From NCBI GenBank assembly GCA_963553885.1, contig CAUVOY010000004.1:1683-65682 (forward strand): 64,000 nt of DNA, in the 5' to 3' direction. The notes beneath the pieces are model-generated. The model saw only the letters and a list, made by a program, of their open reading frames with translations, searched no databases and had not been told where the DNA came from. A program made the translations under genes and the position numbers. Below, piece after piece: positions 60,810 through 64,000 of the stretch (position 1 is its first letter; the number at the start of each line of letters is the position of its first letter). Origin of the DNA: an uncultured Candidatus Saccharibacteria bacterium (lineage in GTDB: Bacteria > Patescibacteriota > Saccharimonadia > Saccharimonadales > Saccharimonadaceae).

Positions 60810-62405
60810 TTATGTTTTAAGAACATCCCTCAAAAAAGCGGCAACTGTTTTAGCTTTTTGCTCGCCGATAGCCATAGACAATTCTTGGATGCTAGCTCTG
60901 GACACGCCTGTTACGCTACCAAATTTTCTTATCAATTTTCGCCGTGTTTTTGGTCCCACGCCAGGAATTTCCTCCAGCTGGTTTTTCGTTTGCTGCTGAC
61001 GTTTGAGCGCGGTGTGGTAGCTCACCGCAAAGCGGTGCGACTCGTCGCGGATGCGCTGGAACAATTTGACGATGTCAGTTGTTGCGAGAGTATTCTTGTC
61101 CGTCTTCGAATGCTCTTTATGATTTTGCTCAGTGCTAGCTCGCAAGTTTTTTGAGTGAGAACCGGCGTTACGCTGACTTGGGTGTAAGTTCACTACATAG
61201 ATATCACCGTCTTCGTGGATAGCGATATCTGCCCGTGGCTGCGACTGAATATACTCAATGAACGCCGTATCAATCTGCGAACCAATTTTATGTATCAGCA
61301 ACTCTTCCTCGCGCTTGGCGATGCTGATAATCGGCACGGTGACACCACGCTCATCGCGCGCTTTGATGGCCGCCGCTAGCTGGCCTTTACCGCCGTCAAT
61401 CAGTAGCAGATCGGGACGGCCCCAGCTCTTCAGATGACGCTCACTCAACCGGCGAAAAATCGTCTGATGGATATTGCCCGTGTCATCATTTTTCTCACTA
61501 ACTTTGAATTTGCGGTACTCCGCCCGGTCGCTCGCGCCATTGGTAAATACCACCATACTGGCGACGACCTGCCGCCCGCTCATATGCGAAATATCATAAC
61601 CTTCAATGCGTGCTGGGATATCTTTTAGGCCCAACAATTTTGCCAAATCAGCCAGCGCCTTGTCCTTAGAAATATCCAAGAATTCTTTGTCGCCGAAGCA
61701 AACCCGCCTCTGCAATTCCCGCATGGCGCGCAGCTTATTGCGAAGATCAGCCGCCCGCTCAAAGTCATGCAACCCAGCTGCCGTTTTCATATCGCGTTCC
61801 AACTCGGCAGCGATGGCTTTACGATTGCCCTTAATATAGCTGATGAGTTTGCGTAGATTAGCTTTATAGCCAGCTGATCCATCACTCAGCCGCGGGCTAA
61901 AGCCCAAATCTTCATCCAATTTCGACTGCCCCGGACGGCGCTGCCTGGTCAAATAGGGAAAAATCCGCCGCAAGTAGCGCAGTGCTTTTTTCAAGGCAAA
62001 GCCATTGTAAAACGGGCCAAAATATTCCGCACCATCATCAGCGGGATTGCGCGTAAAGCTGACGGTCGGCCACTCGCTTTTCATGTCGATTCGCACATAC
62101 ATCTGCGACTTATCATCGCGCAGCAGCACGTTGTAGCGCGGCATGTAGCGCTTGACCATCTCGCTTTCCAGAAACAGCGCGTCAACCTCACTCTCTGTCT
62201 CAATCCAATCAGTATCAGCAATTTCCGCCACCAACGCCATGGTTTTATTGTCCCGCCCGCGCGAATCCTGAAAATACTGGCGCACGCGGTTTTTCAACAC
62301 CGCCGCCTTTCCCACATAAATAATCTCGCCACTGGCTGACTTGTGAAAATAGACACCAGGAGTGCGCGGTAGGGTTTTCAGTTTTTGCTGCAGTCGTTGA
62401 TTCAC
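60810..62405 (-). CDS. uvrC: Excinuclease ABC subunit C
   Basis: PGVY...YVGKA GIY-YIG, DISH, DGGKGQL, RDESHRFA, HhH. Confidence 0.96.
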   Translation of the reverse strand: MNQRLQQKLKTLPRTPGVYFHKSASGEIIYVGKAAVLKNRVRQYFQDSRGRDNKTMALVAEIADTDWIETESEVDALFLESEMVKRYMPRYNVLLRDDKSQMYVRIDMKSEWPTVSFTRNPADDGAEYFGPFYNGFALKKALRYLRRIFPYLTRQRRPGQSKLDEDLGFSPRLSDGSAGYKANLRKLISYIKGNRKAIAAELERDMKTAAGLHDFERAADLRNKLRAMRELQRRVCFGDKEFLDISKDKALADLAKLLGLKDIPARIEGYDISHMSGRQVVASMVVFTNGASDRAEYRKFKVSEKNDDTGNIHQTIFRRLSERHLKSWGRPDLLLIDGGKGQLAAAIKARDERGVTVPIISIAKREEELLIHKIGSQIDTAFIEYIQSQPRADIAIHEDGDIYVVNLHPSQRNAGSHSKNLRASTEQNHKEHSKTDKNTLATTDIVKLFQRIRDESHRFAVSYHTALKRQQQTKNQLEEIPGVGPKTRRKLIRKFGSVTGVSRASIQELSMAIGEQKAKTVAAFLRDVLKT

Positions 62406-62426
62406 AGCTACTATTATATCAAGTGA

Positions 62427-63230
62427 TCACGTCTTGCCGACGAAACCACTGAGTACGCCGTCCAATTTACCTTGGGCAAGTTCTACCGCCCAGTCTTGAC
62501 GCTCAAGGAATGATAGCAACCCAGCCTTTAATCCAAACCAGCCTAATTTTTTCCTAGCTGCGGCAACTTTTTGAGATTGCTCCAAAAATGCGAGATGCTG
62601 TTCACGATAAGCCGCTGGAACATCTGAAATTTTACCGTTTGGCGTAATAATGCTTGTCAACGCCGCAACTTTTTCTTCATCTTTTGGACGCAGGCCAGCA
62701 GCTGAACGGTTCAAGTATGCTCCCAGCTGGGCCACTGGATTAAGGATAGCGCATACTGTCTCGCCGTCCCTCCTCACAAGCCACTGATCAAGACTAGCTG
62801 AAGGAATTTCCGTCTCGATACCGCCTAGGCGCCAGTATAGACGACCTTCATTATCAACATAACGATCGCCGACGAAATCAAATATACCGCGACGATTCTT
62901 TTCGTATGGGTTAAGTCCAAATGCCGAAACTACTACCTTATCACCGATAGCATCGGTAATTTCCTGCCGACAACTCTTCACAACAGTTTTGTCCGTGCTT
63001 TGCACTAATGTATCAAGGTCTCGCACCGTACCGTTTTTACGTAGACGCGGTAAATCCACACCATTAGACAGACAAACAACACGATTACCCCAATCAATTT
63101 CGGCAGCATTGGTAACTGCATGCAGACCTAGCCCACCGACAACGTTATACGGAACTTCGCGATCTTTCATTCTGTCATGAATGCTGCGCCTTACCAGCAG
63201 CGAGTACATATTTTCTGAAACTTCACTCAT
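62427..63230 (-). CDS. Hypothetical protein, possibly nucleotidyltransferase fold
   Basis: VVGG and RDLD motifs, with longer-than-usual spacing. Confidence 0.55.
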   Translation of the reverse strand: MSEVSENMYSLLVRRSIHDRMKDREVPYNVVGGLGLHAVTNAAEIDWGNRVVCLSNGVDLPRLRKNGTVRDLDTLVQSTDKTVVKSCRQEITDAIGDKVVVSAFGLNPYEKNRRGIFDFVGDRYVDNEGRLYWRLGGIETEIPSASLDQWLVRRDGETVCAILNPVAQLGAYLNRSAAGLRPKDEEKVAALTSIITPNGKISDVPAAYREQHLAFLEQSQKVAAARKKLGWFGLKAGLLSFLERQDWAVELAQGKLDGVLSGFVGKT

Positions 63231-63249
63231 ACTTATAGTCCTTGTCCGC

Positions 63250-63987
63250 CTATTGTAAATCATTTGCCTTAGTTATATCAAGTAAATACCCTTCCAAAAA
63301 CTCGCTCCACTCCAGCGCATTCTTCTCGCGGAAATAATGGCGCAAGAAATCAACCATAATTTGCTGGCGACTTTCCGCTTCTATTCGTCCCGGCTTCGTC
63401 AGCATCAATCCTTTCAGCTTCAGCAGCTTTTCAAAGAAGTGATTGATGAAGCCGTCGGTATCATGCGTATTGCCGTCAGCATTATATTCATGCGCCGCCA
63501 GATTAACATTCGACCAAACTTTGGGATCAAAAATCCGCCCGCCGTGATGGCAAGCATAGACCAGCGCCCGCTCAATCCCCACCGCGCCAATAGCATCGCA
63601 CATATCAGCGTCAGACACCAGCCGCCCAGCCGGCCGCTGCGGTTGCCTGCCGTTCAGCCGTTTACTATAACCAATCGCTGCAATATTTTCCAGCACCGCC
63701 TGGCTTAGTCCGTCAAACACTTTTGCCTGCGTCATAATATTTACTGCGTTCGTTAATTTCTCTGCCTGCGCCTTGCCGACCAATTTGTAATCATCAACGT
63801 CATGCAGCCAAGCCGTCAACAGCACTTCTTGCAAATCCACTGGCTCGCTGCACTCGCTAGCAAAACGCTCTGCCAGCAGCGCCACTCGCTCGACATGATC
63901 ATCGGCGTGTCCTGAGGTGTCGCTGCCTAGTAGTTCGCACACTAGCAGTTTAACTTTATTAATTTCAGGAGTTTGACCATTATTCAT
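63250..63987 (-). CDS. HD-domain phosphohydrolase
   Basis: H...HVERV, LHDVDD, DADMCDAIGA, HFFEKLLKL. Confidence 0.9.
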   Translation of the reverse strand: MNNGQTPEINKVKLLVCELLGSDTSGHADDHVERVALLAERFASECSEPVDLQEVLLTAWLHDVDDYKLVGKAQAEKLTNAVNIMTQAKVFDGLSQAVLENIAAIGYSKRLNGRQPQRPAGRLVSDADMCDAIGAVGIERALVYACHHGGRIFDPKVWSNVNLAAHEYNADGNTHDTDGFINHFFEKLLKLKGLMLTKPGRIEAESRQQIMVDFLRHYFREKNALEWSEFLEGYLLDITKANDLQ

Positions 63988-64000
63988 AACAATTATTATA

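Overview
Chromosomal window of a small-genome bacterium, most likely Saccharibacteria (TM7/CPR); this is an inference from gene content and style (no L30 gene between rpsE and rplO, split transketolase, short RelA, type IV pilin). It is mostly housekeeping: the distal spc/alpha ribosomal operons joined to rplM-rpsI, a sugar-phosphate cluster (gap, rpiB, rpe, tkt, fba, pfkB), relA, ppa, trxB, pheT/pheS, rmuC, trmD, khpA, rnc, nusB, rpmF, leuS, ligA, htpX/lemA, secG, uvrC and five tRNAs. The left end has an accessory HEPN-like gene and an HlyB/HlyD exporter. The most unusual signals are non-coding or semi-coding: (1) a 117-bp palindromic repeat present once intergenically and once in frame inside leuS, adding about 45 aa to the synthetase; (2) two stand-alone cassettes with the same architecture (promoter, long 5' hairpin, strong SD, small membrane protein, multibranch 3' RNA with an anti-SD tract) inserted antisense into the sugar cluster; (3) several promoter-bounded structured intergenic RNAs; (4) pervasive leaderless gene starts. 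All RNA structures were paired by eye and no database searches were run.
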